A stretch of 64,000 nt of DNA from Kiritimatiellia bacterium (GTDB taxonomy: Bacteria > Verrucomicrobiota > Kiritimatiellia > UBA8416 > JBFIFS01), in contig JBFIFS010000002.1 of NCBI GenBank assembly GCA_041602695.1, positions 2,644-66,643 on the forward strand. Direction: 5' to 3'. This document shows, in pieces, positions 48,269 to 58,241 of the stretch. The first letter of the stretch is position 1; each line of letters begins with the position of its first letter. The notes below the pieces were generated by a model. That model saw only the letters and a program-made list of their open reading frames with translations, was not told the origin of the DNA and ran no database searches. The position numbers were made by a program, and so were the translations under genes.

Positions 48269-49185
48269 CGTCCTTCCTCATGCGGCTCGACGTGAACGAC
48301 AGCATCAACAACGTCAGGGCCCTCACACTGGAGCTTTCGCTTGACCGCTTCCGCTATGTCATGCCCCTCGCGAACCGTCATGTCGGCATCCACCCGCACA
48401 TGCATATCAACATACAGTCCGGGCCCTACGCGCCTGCCTCTGACCGCATGTATATTTCTTACCCCGCTGATGCTTTCCGCGAGGGCCTTGATCTTCTCCG
48501 CATCCTTTGGCGAGGATATCCCGTCCGTAAGCTCGACAAGCGCCCTATGCCCAATCCTGTAAGCAGCACGAACAATGATAACGGCGACAAGCAGTTCACC
48601 GACGTGGTCTACAAACGCCAGCTGCGGCCACACAATCGACACCCCCACGGCAAGCGCTGCAGGAATCGAACTTATAGCGTCACTCCTGTGATGCCACGCG
48701 TTAGCAAGCAGCGCGCGCGATCTGGCCGCACGCCCCTCCCTCGCCGTGAAGTGATACATGATTTCCTTCGCGACCATCGATGTGACGGCCGCGACAAGCG
48801 CTATCATGCCCGGCCCGTCCTGATGCGTCTCGCCAAGGCCCAGTATGCCGTCAACCGCGAGCCAGATTCCGCCCGCACCCAGCACCCCACCGACAAAGAG
48901 AGTCACCAGGGCTTCCATTCGCCTGTGCCCATATGGATGGCACTTGTCCGGGGGCGACATCCACCATTTGACGCCGAATATGATAGCCAAGTCCGTCGAA
49001 AGGTCTGTCAGGGTGTGAAAAGCATCGGCAGTCACAGCCTTACTGCCGCCGACAATACCGGCCCAGAACTTGAAAACCATGAGGGCGACATTAAGGCACA
49101 GACCTGCCGAGGTTATCTTTCTGATTCTGCCGACATCCTGGGAAACGGTATCGAGCGCGGGGCCACGCACGTCAGTCAGCCACAT
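48265..49185 (-). CDS. cation diffusion facilitator family transporter
   Basis: Six TM helices with the CDF signature (HTLTDLSTDLAIIFG...HRRMEALVTLF). Confidence 0.8.
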   Translation of the reverse strand: MWLTDVRGPALDTVSQDVGRIRKITSAGLCLNVALMVFKFWAGIVGGSKAVTADAFHTLTDLSTDLAIIFGVKWWMSPPDKCHPYGHRRMEALVTLFVGGVLGAGGIWLAVDGILGLGETHQDGPGMIALVAAVTSMVAKEIMYHFTAREGRAARSRALLANAWHHRSDAISSIPAALAVGVSIVWPQLAFVDHVGELLVAVIIVRAAYRIGHRALVELTDGISSPKDAEKIKALAESISGVRNIHAVRGRRVGPGLYVDMHVRVDADMTVREGHDIAEAVKRKLQCEGPDVVDAVVHVEPHEEGR

Positions 49186-50608
49186 CGCCGTCTATCTGAA
49201 AATCGATCAGCGCGCTCATCTTGTCACCAGTCAGCTTGGATTCGTTCCTTGCCTTCGAGATGAAACCATCCATAGTGAAATCATCAAAGCCAAACGTCTT
49301 GCAATAGATTGCTGCGCCTGCGTACAGGTCCGCCTTGCTCTTGCCGACATCTTCGTTCTTCTCCAGGTAGTGCGAGAAGAAACCGATAACGCGCTCTTTC
49401 GGTATCTCCACCCACGGAATCAACTTTTCCTGAACATAAATGCCCTGCCCGTCGGCCTTCGGTATGTCCAGGGCGCCGCGCGCAGTCTTCCATCCATAAG
49501 ACATCGGCTTCTTCTCGAACTGCGCTATAAGCCAGGTCATTGCGTTCGCCAGCAGCCTGTAGCGCTCAACAGGTATGTCCAGCGCTGTTACCGCCTCCTC
49601 GAACGTCAGCGATGACTGCAGGTCCTGCACCTGCTGCATTGCATCCGTGAATTGATATGATTTGAGAAGCTCAGGTAGACCGCCATAGAATCCGGCCGCC
49701 CTCGCGACCTCTCGACTTCTGTTCTCCTCACGCTGCTGAGCCAGGCGCCTCTGCTCCGCCTCGGCGTCAGCCGCCCGCTTCTCTTCAGCCACCTCGTCCC
49801 TCATCGACTCGAATTTGGGAAGGATTGCTTCCGCAGCCGCGAGCTCCTCTGCCATTCCATTTCTCAGATTCTTAGCCATTGGCACCAGCTCGGCAAATCC
49901 CGCCTGCGCGGCCGCGGCTTTGAAGGCAGTTGGCGCCTCCTTAACCCTGCCTACGATTTTCTCGCTCTGAGTCAGAATCAGCGCGCTCTCGTCAATCCTC
50001 GCCTCAATTACGCCAACGTGCTCGCACAGCTTTTCATATAGGTCCTGCCCGGCCTTGATTCGCTCTCCAAGCTTGCCGCCTATCTCATGTTGTGCCGCAT
50101 CCCCGGCTCCAGTTGCGCCAGACGTGCCCACAGCCGGTGCCGGCGGCGGCTTTGGCGCACCGTGACCAGTCAGCCCAGCGGGCATCTCCCGGCCCTTCTC
50201 ATCTACCATGACCCCGGTCCTAATAGCACCCCCGGCCTTGTCGCTCTCCGCAGGAACGGCCTTCTTGGTCTGGGCGGCTACGGTCTTCTTCCACGCTTCA
50301 GCCTTCTTCTTCTGGTCGTATTCCCGGTCATAGACCCTCGGCGCATGCTCGTAACCCACTATCTCCGGAACCAGGTTTGATGCGGTACCGAGAACCTTCC
50401 TGGCTTTCGGGGCAAATTCCTCAATACCCTCCAGAGAAGCTGCAATCTCAGCATATTGCACCTCAGCGCTCTCGACCTGCGCTTTGAAGGCCATCGCCTC
50501 CGCCTGCGCTTTCGCCTTATTCTGACTGACTCCGTAAAGGACGCCGCCGACAACCAGACCCAGTATGACAAGTATAATCGCAATCCTCATTGCATGCTCC
50601 TTTGGCAA
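49172..50608 (-). CDS. hypothetical membrane-anchored coiled-coil protein
   Basis: N-terminal TM helix (IAIILVILGLVVGGVLYGV), a long Ala/Glu/Lys-rich coiled coil with a Pro-rich segment, and a C-terminal globular part. No recognisable domain. Confidence 0.45.
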   Translation of the reverse strand: MPKEHAMRIAIILVILGLVVGGVLYGVSQNKAKAQAEAMAFKAQVESAEVQYAEIAASLEGIEEFAPKARKVLGTASNLVPEIVGYEHAPRVYDREYDQKKKAEAWKKTVAAQTKKAVPAESDKAGGAIRTGVMVDEKGREMPAGLTGHGAPKPPPAPAVGTSGATGAGDAAQHEIGGKLGERIKAGQDLYEKLCEHVGVIEARIDESALILTQSEKIVGRVKEAPTAFKAAAAQAGFAELVPMAKNLRNGMAEELAAAEAILPKFESMRDEVAEEKRAADAEAEQRRLAQQREENRSREVARAAGFYGGLPELLKSYQFTDAMQQVQDLQSSLTFEEAVTALDIPVERYRLLANAMTWLIAQFEKKPMSYGWKTARGALDIPKADGQGIYVQEKLIPWVEIPKERVIGFFSHYLEKNEDVGKSKADLYAGAAIYCKTFGFDDFTMDGFISKARNESKLTGDKMSALIDFQIDGDVAD

Positions 50609-50666
50609 TCTAAATGCACAGACTTATTTGCTTTAAAAAAGTTCTTAAGTGTATACTACTAGGACG

Positions 50667-52169
50667 ATGGAGAACCTGCAATTCATCAATCCCAAAAAAA
50701 TCGCCGCCTTGTCAAACCACGCTGCGGCACTGGTAACCATATTTACACTGTCCGCATGCGCCGGCTGCGTCTCTTCGCCCCCCAAGCAGAAGTACTATTC
50801 GGAAAACCTGACCATAACCGCCACTCAGCTTAATTCTATAAACGCAAGGATCTTCGGAAAAGTTCTTGAAAAGTCGGCTGTCCGCGAGCTCGGCCCCGAG
50901 CTCGTTGTAGACCTCAAGACAGGCAGGCTCCCGACAAACGTCCTCGCCCTCATTAAGGATACGCACTCGCCACTGCTCGTATTCCCTGGCCCTGACGCAG
51001 ACCAGTCTGACTGGCGCGACTCAATCAATAACGCGCCCGAAAAGAAGAGGTTCAGGCCCCTGCTGGTCTCGAGGCCCGACGGCAGGCAGATCAACACGCG
51101 ATTTGGCATCGATGAGTTCGGCCGCATGAAGCAGGAACTCGGATTTGAGGCGGTACTGGTCGTTAATCTACTCGACGGCCTGGCCCGAAAAGGGCCCGTC
51201 CGCGAAGCGGCGGAACGCGCAGCCGGACTGATAGCCTACTGCAATGGCCAATACGCAGTAAAACTCCCCCGGGCCCTGCGCCATTGGCCCGGAATCAGGG
51301 CCAAGAACGGCAACCCCATCCCATTTCAGGTCGAATACGTCCAGCTTGGAAGCCACTTGGACTCAGCCGCCTACCAGAGCGCGGTCAGCGCAGCCCTGCC
51401 GCATTTCGACACAAAACAGCTCGCTCAGTGGTATGTCGATTGTCTTACTGTATACATCCAGCATATTCGTTCAGCCGATCCAACTATTAAGATCATCCTC
51501 GATGCTGAAATCGCGCCCGATATTACAGCGACCGTTTACCAAAACAGCTACATTGCGGAGAACATCAATGTCCTTGCGGTTTCCGCCGCTGGGCCGGACA
51601 CACCTGACTCACTCTCCCGCTATGCCGATATTGCCAAAACACTGGGCAAGCCAATTGCCGTAACTGAGTGGATCGGCGCAGCCTCCATACTCGATTCCAC
51701 AAAATATTTAAACGCCCTCATTCGCCACGGCGCCAGCATCGAGTTCGCAGCGCAGTCGCCGCTGCTTGGCCAGACAAGCCCAGCCGCTGTCATCCGGATA
51801 CCAAAGGCCCCCAACGAAAGCCCAAACATCACGGCCACGGGCGCTGCCAGCGCCCTTTATGCCCGACACCACGGCCGGCATCGCCTCGAAGTAACGCGCA
51901 AAAACCAACAGGACAGCGGCGAATTGGACATCGTAGTCACGGCCTCCGAGACCGCTATATACCTGCACGCGGTAAACAGCAGCCCAACACGACGGGCACG
52001 AATAGTCGCAGACTGCAGTGCGCACAAGGTCGCGGACTCATTCAGCATGCGCTCGCTGACCTCAGCGGGCGCGAGCACTACCAGCACGCCAATCAGGTCC
52101 ACGCGAAAGATTCCTGTCGTGCTGCCGCCCGAATCAGTTTCAGTCATCACCCTACCCCTTAAACCATAG
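50667..52169 (+). CDS. lipoprotein, glycoside-hydrolase-like (TIM-barrel plus beta-sandwich architecture suspected)
   Basis: Lipobox LSAC after a hydrophobic h-region. It precedes three sulfatase genes. The hydrolase assignment is tentative. The track ORF uses a GTG at 50649. Confidence 0.45.
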   Translation: MENLQFINPKKIAALSNHAAALVTIFTLSACAGCVSSPPKQKYYSENLTITATQLNSINARIFGKVLEKSAVRELGPELVVDLKTGRLPTNVLALIKDTHSPLLVFPGPDADQSDWRDSINNAPEKKRFRPLLVSRPDGRQINTRFGIDEFGRMKQELGFEAVLVVNLLDGLARKGPVREAAERAAGLIAYCNGQYAVKLPRALRHWPGIRAKNGNPIPFQVEYVQLGSHLDSAAYQSAVSAALPHFDTKQLAQWYVDCLTVYIQHIRSADPTIKIILDAEIAPDITATVYQNSYIAENINVLAVSAAGPDTPDSLSRYADIAKTLGKPIAVTEWIGAASILDSTKYLNALIRHGASIEFAAQSPLLGQTSPAAVIRIPKAPNESPNITATGAASALYARHHGRHRLEVTRKNQQDSGELDIVVTASETAIYLHAVNSSPTRRARIVADCSAHKVADSFSMRSLTSAGASTTSTPIRSTRKIPVVLPPESVSVITLPLKP

Positions 52170-52267
52170 TATTCCGGGACTGGACCTGCCCCCGTTTGCT
52201 ACTTGCATTGCTTTACGCACGACCTAATATTGAGGTTCGCGGGCAGTATTACCCCTTACAACGAATG

Positions 52268-53764
52268 AATATATTACTCATAACCAGCGACCAGCAGCAC
52301 TGGAATACACTCGGAATAAACAATCCTGAGGTCAAGACCCCAAACCTGGACAGGCTGGCCTCGGAAGGGACAGTATTTGACCGCGCCTACACGGTCAACC
52401 CGACCTGCACGCCTACCCGTGCGTCAATCATAACGGGCAAATACCCCAGCCAGCACGGAGCATGGTCCCTCGGGACCAAGCTCCCGGAAGACGAGCACAC
52501 CGTCGGGGAAGACTTTGCGGCGGCCGGCTTCAGGACCGCGCTCGTCGGTAAGGCGCACTTCCAACCCCTTGCATCGACCGAGGAATACCCCTCACTTGAA
52601 GCCTATCCCATCCTGCAGGACCTGGAATACTGGCGCAGGTTCCATGGGCCCTTTTACGGTTTCGAGAGGGTTGAACTCGCCCGCAACCATACTGACGAAG
52701 CGCACGTCGGACAGCACTACGCCATCTGGATGGAAGACAACGGGCTGGACAACTGGCGCGACTACTTCTCGGCACCGACGGGAAACGCGAAAGCACAGAA
52801 ACACACATGGCCTATACCGGAGGAATACCACTACAACGCATGGATTGCCGAGAAGAGCAGCGATGTAATGCAGGAATGCGCCGAGAAGAACCAGCCTTTT
52901 TTCCTCTGGGCCAGCTTTTTTGATCCGCACCCCTCGTACCTCGTTCCCGAGCCTTGGGACAGGATGTATGACCCTGAGAAGATCACGGTGCCATCCGTAA
53001 CTGACGGCGAGCATGACAATAACCCGCCCCACTTCAGGATGACTCAGGAGGAAACACCTGATTTCAGCATATACCAGGAGGCAGACGGCAGCGGCTGCCA
53101 TGGCTTCCGATCACACCTTACTGACAGCGACAGACTCGCGAAGAACATTGCCGTCTATTACGGAATGGTATCCTGTATGGACAAATACATCGGCAAAATA
53201 CTGTCGAAACTTGAAGAGCTCGGAAGCAAAGACGAAACGATGGTTGTCTTCACCACTGATCACGGCCATTTCTTCGGCCAGCATGGGCTAATTGCCAAGG
53301 GCGCATTTCATTATGAGGACATGATCAAAGTTCCTTACATAGTGAGCTGCCCCGGGACAGTACCTGAAGGCAGGCGCTCCGACGCCCTTCAGAGCCTGGT
53401 CGACCTTCCGGTGACCTTCCTCGAGCTCAACAACCTGCCTGTCCCCCGGACTATGACCGGAGTAGATCAGTCAAAGGTCTGGACCGGAATCCGGGAGAAA
53501 GCCAGAGACCACGTAATAGTGGAAAACAGGCATCAACCAACAAAAGTATTCCACAAGACATACGTAGGTCAGAGATACAAAATCACGACTTATTACAACC
53601 AACCCTACGGAGAGCTGTTTGACCTGGAAGACGATCCAGGTGAAACAAACAACCTATGGGACGATCCCGAATCCATGCAACTAAAGAATGAGCTGCTGCT
53701 CAAGCTGATACATGCGGACATGGGCATCGAGCCCATTTGGATGCCTAGGATAGCCGGAGCATGA
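52268..53764 (+). CDS. sulfatase (Cys-type, S1 family) without signal peptide
   Basis: MNILLITSDQQHWN...CTPTRASIITGKYPSQHG contains the C-x-P-x-R formylglycine motif. The track ORF begins at a TTG at 52196. Confidence 0.8.
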   Translation, partial: NILLITSDQQHWNTLGINNPEVKTPNLDRLASEGTVFDRAYTVNPTCTPTRASIITGKYPSQHGAWSLGTKLPEDEHTVGEDFAAAGFRTALVGKAHFQPLASTEEYPSLEAYPILQDLEYWRRFHGPFYGFERVELARNHTDEAHVGQHYAIWMEDNGLDNWRDYFSAPTGNAKAQKHTWPIPEEYHYNAWIAEKSSDVMQECAEKNQPFFLWASFFDPHPSYLVPEPWDRMYDPEKITVPSVTDGEHDNNPPHFRMTQEETPDFSIYQEADGSGCHGFRSHLTDSDRLAKNIAVYYGMVSCMDKYIGKILSKLEELGSKDETMVVFTTDHGHFFGQHGLIAKGAFHYEDMIKVPYIVSCPGTVPEGRRSDALQSLVDLPVTFLELNNLPVPRTMTGVDQSKVWTGIREKARDHVIVENRHQPTKVFHKTYVGQRYKITTYYNQPYGELFDLEDDPGETNNLWDDPESMQLKNELLLKLIHADMGIEPIWMPRIAGA

Positions 53765-55104
53765 CAATGAGCAGCAGGCCCAACATTCTATTCTTTTTCA
53801 CGGATCAGCAGCGCTGGGACACTTGCGGCTGTTACGGGCAGAAGATCGACCTTACGCCGAACCTGGACAGGATGGCAGAAGAGGGCGTTCTGTTTGAGAA
53901 CGCTTTCTCTTGCCAGCCAGTCTGCGGCCCCGCGCGGGCAGCTCTGCAGACGGGCAAATACCCAACGCGCCTCGGCTGCCATACAAACAACCGCATTCTC
54001 CCTCTGGATGAAAACACCATAGCAAAGCAACTCTCCGCCGCAGGCTACGAGACAGCCTATATCGGCAAGTGGCATCTCGCATCACAGGGCGCAAGGGACG
54101 GTGCGGAGAACTTTAGAGAAAAACCCGTCCCCGTTGAACGACGCGGCGGATACAGGGATTTCTGGCTGGCATCAGATGTACTGGAGTTTACTTCCCACAG
54201 CTACGACGGGTACATGTACCAGGACATGGAACGACGCGACTTCCCTGAAGGGAAGTTCAGGGTCGATGTTCAGACCGACTGGACAATTGAATATCTTCAG
54301 GATAGAAAAACCGACAGGCCTTTCTTCCTGTTCCTGTCCTACATCGAGCCGCACCACCAGAACGACCACGGCTGTTACGAAGGCCCTCATGGATCCAAGG
54401 AGCGATACGCCCAATATGAAGTGCCAGGCGATCTCGAAGGAACCAACGGAGACTGGCGGCAAAACTACCCCGATTATCTGGGATGTATCAATGCCCTCGA
54501 CACCGGCCTTGGCCGCATCAGGGATGCACTTGCTGAGCGTGGCGAGCTGGACAACACAATAATAATCTTCACAAGTGATCATGGCTCGCACTTCTGCACC
54601 AGGAACGGTGAATACAAGCGTTCCTGTCACGACGGCTGCATTCGCGTCCCCATGGTCATATCAGGGCCAGGCTTCACGGGTGGTACTCATGTAAAAGAGC
54701 TGGCAAGCCTCATAGATCTTCCCCCAACCATCATTACATCAGCCGGACTGAAGCCCATCGGCATGGACGGCTTTGCACTGAACTCGCTTGCTGCGGGCGC
54801 TGCACAGAACTGGCAGGAGGAAGTCTTTTTGCAGATCAGCGAGAGCCAGTGCGGGCGCGCAATCCGATCTAAGAAATGGACCTACAGCGTGGAGGCACCT
54901 GGCAAGTCAGGAGGAGACGCTTCAAGCGACTTATACGTTGAGGCCTTTCTCTACGATAACGAGACCGACCCACACCAGAAGAACAATCTAGTCGCCGCAC
55001 CCGAAACTGCCGGCATCCGGGCGCACCTGCGCGAGCGCCTGATCAAGCGAATGGTAGCGGCAGGCGAAACCGCACCGAAAATACAAACCGCTCTGCAAGA
55101 GTAA
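53761..55104 (+). CDS. sulfatase (Cys-type) without signal peptide
   Basis: NILFFFTDQQRWD...CGPARAALQTGKYP contains the C-x-P-x-R motif. It is coupled to the upstream gene by an ATGA overlap. Confidence 0.8.
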   Translation: MTMSSRPNILFFFTDQQRWDTCGCYGQKIDLTPNLDRMAEEGVLFENAFSCQPVCGPARAALQTGKYPTRLGCHTNNRILPLDENTIAKQLSAAGYETAYIGKWHLASQGARDGAENFREKPVPVERRGGYRDFWLASDVLEFTSHSYDGYMYQDMERRDFPEGKFRVDVQTDWTIEYLQDRKTDRPFFLFLSYIEPHHQNDHGCYEGPHGSKERYAQYEVPGDLEGTNGDWRQNYPDYLGCINALDTGLGRIRDALAERGELDNTIIIFTSDHGSHFCTRNGEYKRSCHDGCIRVPMVISGPGFTGGTHVKELASLIDLPPTIITSAGLKPIGMDGFALNSLAAGAAQNWQEEVFLQISESQCGRAIRSKKWTYSVEAPGKSGGDASSDLYVEAFLYDNETDPHQKNNLVAAPETAGIRAHLRERLIKRMVAAGETAPKIQTALQE

Positions 55105-55113
55105 GGAGAAGAT

Positions 55114-56586
55114 ATGAGAGTTCTATACCTGGACCTGGACACCCTGCGCCCTGACCATCTCGGCTGCTACGGATATCACCGCAACACTTCGCCAAACATC
55201 GACAGGATCGCCGCCGAAGGAATTAGGTTTGACAATTTCTACGCGTCCGACGCTCCTTGCCTCCCATCGCGTGCCGCCTTGATGAGCGGCCAGTTCGGCA
55301 TTCATAGCGGCGCTGTCGGCCATGGGGGCACCGCCGCTGATATGCGCCTGCAGGGCGAATCCCGCAGCTTCGTCACCAGACTGAGCGGTCACGCGCTACC
55401 TGCCATATTTAAACGCGCCGGCATGCATACCGCGTATATAGGCGGCTTTCCTGAAAGGCACTCCAGCTTCTGGTACTATGCAGGCTTCAGAGAGATACAC
55501 GACACCGGCATGGGAGGCATGGAGTCTGCCCACCACGTCACGCCAACAGCCCTCGATTGGATCGAAAACAACGCGGAAAAAGAAGACTGGTATCTGCACG
55601 TGAACTACTGGGACTCACATACACCCTACCGCGCCCCCGAAGAGTTCGGGAACCCCTTCGAAAAAGAGCCGGCAGCGAAGTGGATCACGCAGGATGTTCT
55701 CGACAAGCATCGTGCAATGCCTGGGCCGCATGGTGCTCAGGAAATCAGCATGTATGACAACAAGACGTCACCCAAATTCCCGCGTCAACTCGGCGAGATA
55801 AAGGATCTCGACGACTTGAAAAAACACTACGACGGCTATGACTGCGGCACTCGTTACATGGACAGCCACATTGGCCAGCTGTTCGAGGCCCTCGAAAAGG
55901 CGGGCGTCATGGATGACCTGGCCGTAATAATCAGTTCCGATCACGGAGAAAACCATGGCGAGCTTGGGCTTTATGGCGAACATGCAACGGCCGACCAAAT
56001 CACTTGCAGAATCCCCATGATAATCAAGTGGCCAGGCGCCCGAAAGGGAACTGTAGACACAGGGCTCCATTACAACCTGGACCTTCCGCCGACCCTCGCC
56101 GACCTGCTGGGGCAAAAACAGCGTCCCGAATGGGACGGGCAAAGCTTTGCTGAAGCCGTTACTGAAGCGAAGGATTGCGGGCGGGAGTACCTCGTCTTGA
56201 GTCAGTGCGCGCACGTATGCCAGCGAAGCGTACGCTGGAAGGACTGGCTTTACATGCGGACATACCACGATGGCTACCACCTCTTTCCTGAGGAAATGCT
56301 TTTCAACCTTAAAGACGACCCTTACGAGCAAGAAGACCTCTCATCCGAGCACCCGGACATAGTCGCAGAAGGATCGGAAACGCTGAAAACATGGCACGCC
56401 GAGATGATGGCGACTCAGCCGTATGGCTACACCAATGACCCGATGCAGACGGTTCTCAACGAGGGTGGACCGTTGCATGCAAAAGGCTTCCTGCCAAAGT
56501 ATATCGAACGACTCAGGCAGACCGGACGCGAGGAGCACGTTGAAGAGCTTATCCGGCGCCACCCTGAGGAGTTCAAGCCCACTTAA
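55114..56586 (+). CDS. sulfatase (Cys-type) without signal peptide
   Basis: MRVLYLDLDTLRPDHLGCYG...CLPSRAALMSGQFG contains the C-x-P-x-R motif. Confidence 0.8.
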   Translation: MRVLYLDLDTLRPDHLGCYGYHRNTSPNIDRIAAEGIRFDNFYASDAPCLPSRAALMSGQFGIHSGAVGHGGTAADMRLQGESRSFVTRLSGHALPAIFKRAGMHTAYIGGFPERHSSFWYYAGFREIHDTGMGGMESAHHVTPTALDWIENNAEKEDWYLHVNYWDSHTPYRAPEEFGNPFEKEPAAKWITQDVLDKHRAMPGPHGAQEISMYDNKTSPKFPRQLGEIKDLDDLKKHYDGYDCGTRYMDSHIGQLFEALEKAGVMDDLAVIISSDHGENHGELGLYGEHATADQITCRIPMIIKWPGARKGTVDTGLHYNLDLPPTLADLLGQKQRPEWDGQSFAEAVTEAKDCGREYLVLSQCAHVCQRSVRWKDWLYMRTYHDGYHLFPEEMLFNLKDDPYEQEDLSSEHPDIVAEGSETLKTWHAEMMATQPYGYTNDPMQTVLNEGGPLHAKGFLPKYIERLRQTGREEHVEELIRRHPEEFKPT

Positions 56587-56797
56587 TGGCCCCGCACCGC
56601 CCGTTTCGGGCGTGCCTACCAAAGGCGGTGCGTCGAACGCCAGGACAGAACGCTTTGTGTGCCTTTTCCATACACAGCGCTACCAGCGACTGAGCACTTG
56701 ATTAACAAGTAAAGAAATATTCACTCGATTCGTATACCAGTCGTTGACAAGATTCACAGAAAGTATAATAATCCTATGCAGTTAATTTAGGAGTTGA

Positions 56798-57919
56798 TTG
56801 ATTGTGAATAGAGCTAAAAGCAACATGCAGAGGCCCCGCCGCGGCCGGCCTCCAAAGTTTGACAAGATTCTGGCAGCAGTAAGGGCGGACATCCTTTCGG
56901 GTAAATTTCAACCGGGAGACAGGCTTCCGACGCGCGAAGAACTCGCCAAGAAGTTTGGCAGCACCAAGGTTACGATGCAGAAGGCAATGGATATCCTTCT
57001 GGAAGAAGGAATTCTGACAGCAAGGCGCGGTGCGGGGACATACGTTACAAATGCCGCGGAATCGAAGCTACCCTACTTCCTTCTTATCGATCAACCTCAA
57101 GGCAAATCCCGGTTCAAAGACGCGGTGGTGAACGAAGCGAAAAAGCATTCCGACAGCCGTCAAGCCCTCAGCACCTGCTACTACAAAGGCCTTCACTACC
57201 GCTCTGACGAGCTTGATCGCCTCTATACCCTGATGGCAAGACAGCGGGTTGCGGGCCTTCTCATTGCCGTATCCGCACTAAAACTTGACGGCTCTCGCCT
57301 GCTCGATTTCCCCGAGATTCCAAAGGTTTTCATTGGCACCCCGCACACCTACGGTGCATACCCGAGCGTTACAAACGCCGGCAGAAGGTCTATTTACCGT
57401 CGGGTGCTTGACTACTTCAAAGAGAAGGAACGCCGCAGTGCGGCGGTAATAATGAGTACGGTGGATGATGATCTGCTGCTGGATTCACCTTTTAAAGGTC
57501 TTGCAGATGAAAGAGACATCCACGCCCCCCCCGAATGGATACAGGCCGCCCCACTGCGCGCGCCAGCAGCCGCGGCCCGACTCGCGCTACTGATGTTCCG
57601 TGACCCAGCCCATCGCCCGGAAGCCCTTCATATTGGGGACGATGGCCATGTGCCCGCGATTACGGAGGCCCTTGCAACCCTCAACATACGTGTACCAGAG
57701 GATCTCCTCGTAACTGCGCACGCAAACTTCCCATACCCTACCAGGTCATGCGTCACCGCGAGACGAATCGGATACGACGCCCGCGAGTTCATCAGCAATG
57801 GGCTGGAATTCCTGGATCAGCAGCGCCGCGGGGAAACCCCTGAAGACCGCGAGGTAGAACCGGTGTGGCAGGAAGAAGTCCCCCGTGGATCAGGCAGGGC
57901 CCAGTCGGACGATGCCTGA
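56798..57919 (+). CDS. GntR-family transcriptional regulator fused to periplasmic-binding-protein-like sugar-binding domain
   Basis: N-terminal winged HTH (ILSGKFQPGDRLPTREELAKKFGSTKVTMQKAMDILLEEGIL) plus a LacI/PBP-type C-terminal domain. A consensus TTGACA...TATAAT promoter lies upstream. Confidence 0.7.
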   Translation: MIVNRAKSNMQRPRRGRPPKFDKILAAVRADILSGKFQPGDRLPTREELAKKFGSTKVTMQKAMDILLEEGILTARRGAGTYVTNAAESKLPYFLLIDQPQGKSRFKDAVVNEAKKHSDSRQALSTCYYKGLHYRSDELDRLYTLMARQRVAGLLIAVSALKLDGSRLLDFPEIPKVFIGTPHTYGAYPSVTNAGRRSIYRRVLDYFKEKERRSAAVIMSTVDDDLLLDSPFKGLADERDIHAPPEWIQAAPLRAPAAAARLALLMFRDPAHRPEALHIGDDGHVPAITEALATLNIRVPEDLLVTAHANFPYPTRSCVTARRIGYDAREFISNGLEFLDQQRRGETPEDREVEPVWQEEVPRGSGRAQSDDA

Positions 57920-57941
57920 GCCAAAAGACAAGGCAGTGGCC

Positions 57942-58235
57942 ATGGCGCATGCATGGCGAAAGTTCATGCGTCTGACGAGAGGCCGCATACCGACACTCCG
58001 CGCGCTGGAGGTGATTCTTCTCGAAGAAAAGGATCCAGAGATTAGTGCGTTCTTTTCGACTCTCAGCAAAGAAATGAATGACGGTTCGACGATGAGTGAA
58101 GCCGTAGAGAAGCACGGAAAACTTGTATCCCCCTCTGTACTGGAACTCCTGCGCTATGCTGAAAAAACCGGCGCGTGGGATGAAATACTGCTCGAGATCG
58201 CAGACGGCCTCGAGGAAGGCACCTTTACGGCATAG
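57942..58235 (+). CDS. stand-alone T2SSF (GspF/PilC) domain mini-protein
   Basis: FMRLTRGRIPTLRALEVIL...MSEAVEKHGKLVSPSVLELLRYAEKTGAWDEILLEIADGLE closely follows the repeat unit of platform proteins (LSEAL...FPPLYVAMVRAGEESGTLDEVLERLADYLE). No TM segments. The track ORF starts at 57885. Confidence 0.4.
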   Translation: MAHAWRKFMRLTRGRIPTLRALEVILLEEKDPEISAFFSTLSKEMNDGSTMSEAVEKHGKLVSPSVLELLRYAEKTGAWDEILLEIADGLEEGTFTA

Positions 58236-58241
58236 GGAGTG

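Noticed and set aside
48100-49263. The 387-aa plus-strand ORF.
   Set aside because: It is antisense to the CDF transporter and coiled-coil protein genes. It is an Arg/His/Pro-rich shadow frame.
56587-56640. A hairpin CGCCCG-TTT-CGGGCG after the third sulfatase.
   Set aside because: It is a short 6-bp stem with no following U-tract, so it is weak as an intrinsic terminator.
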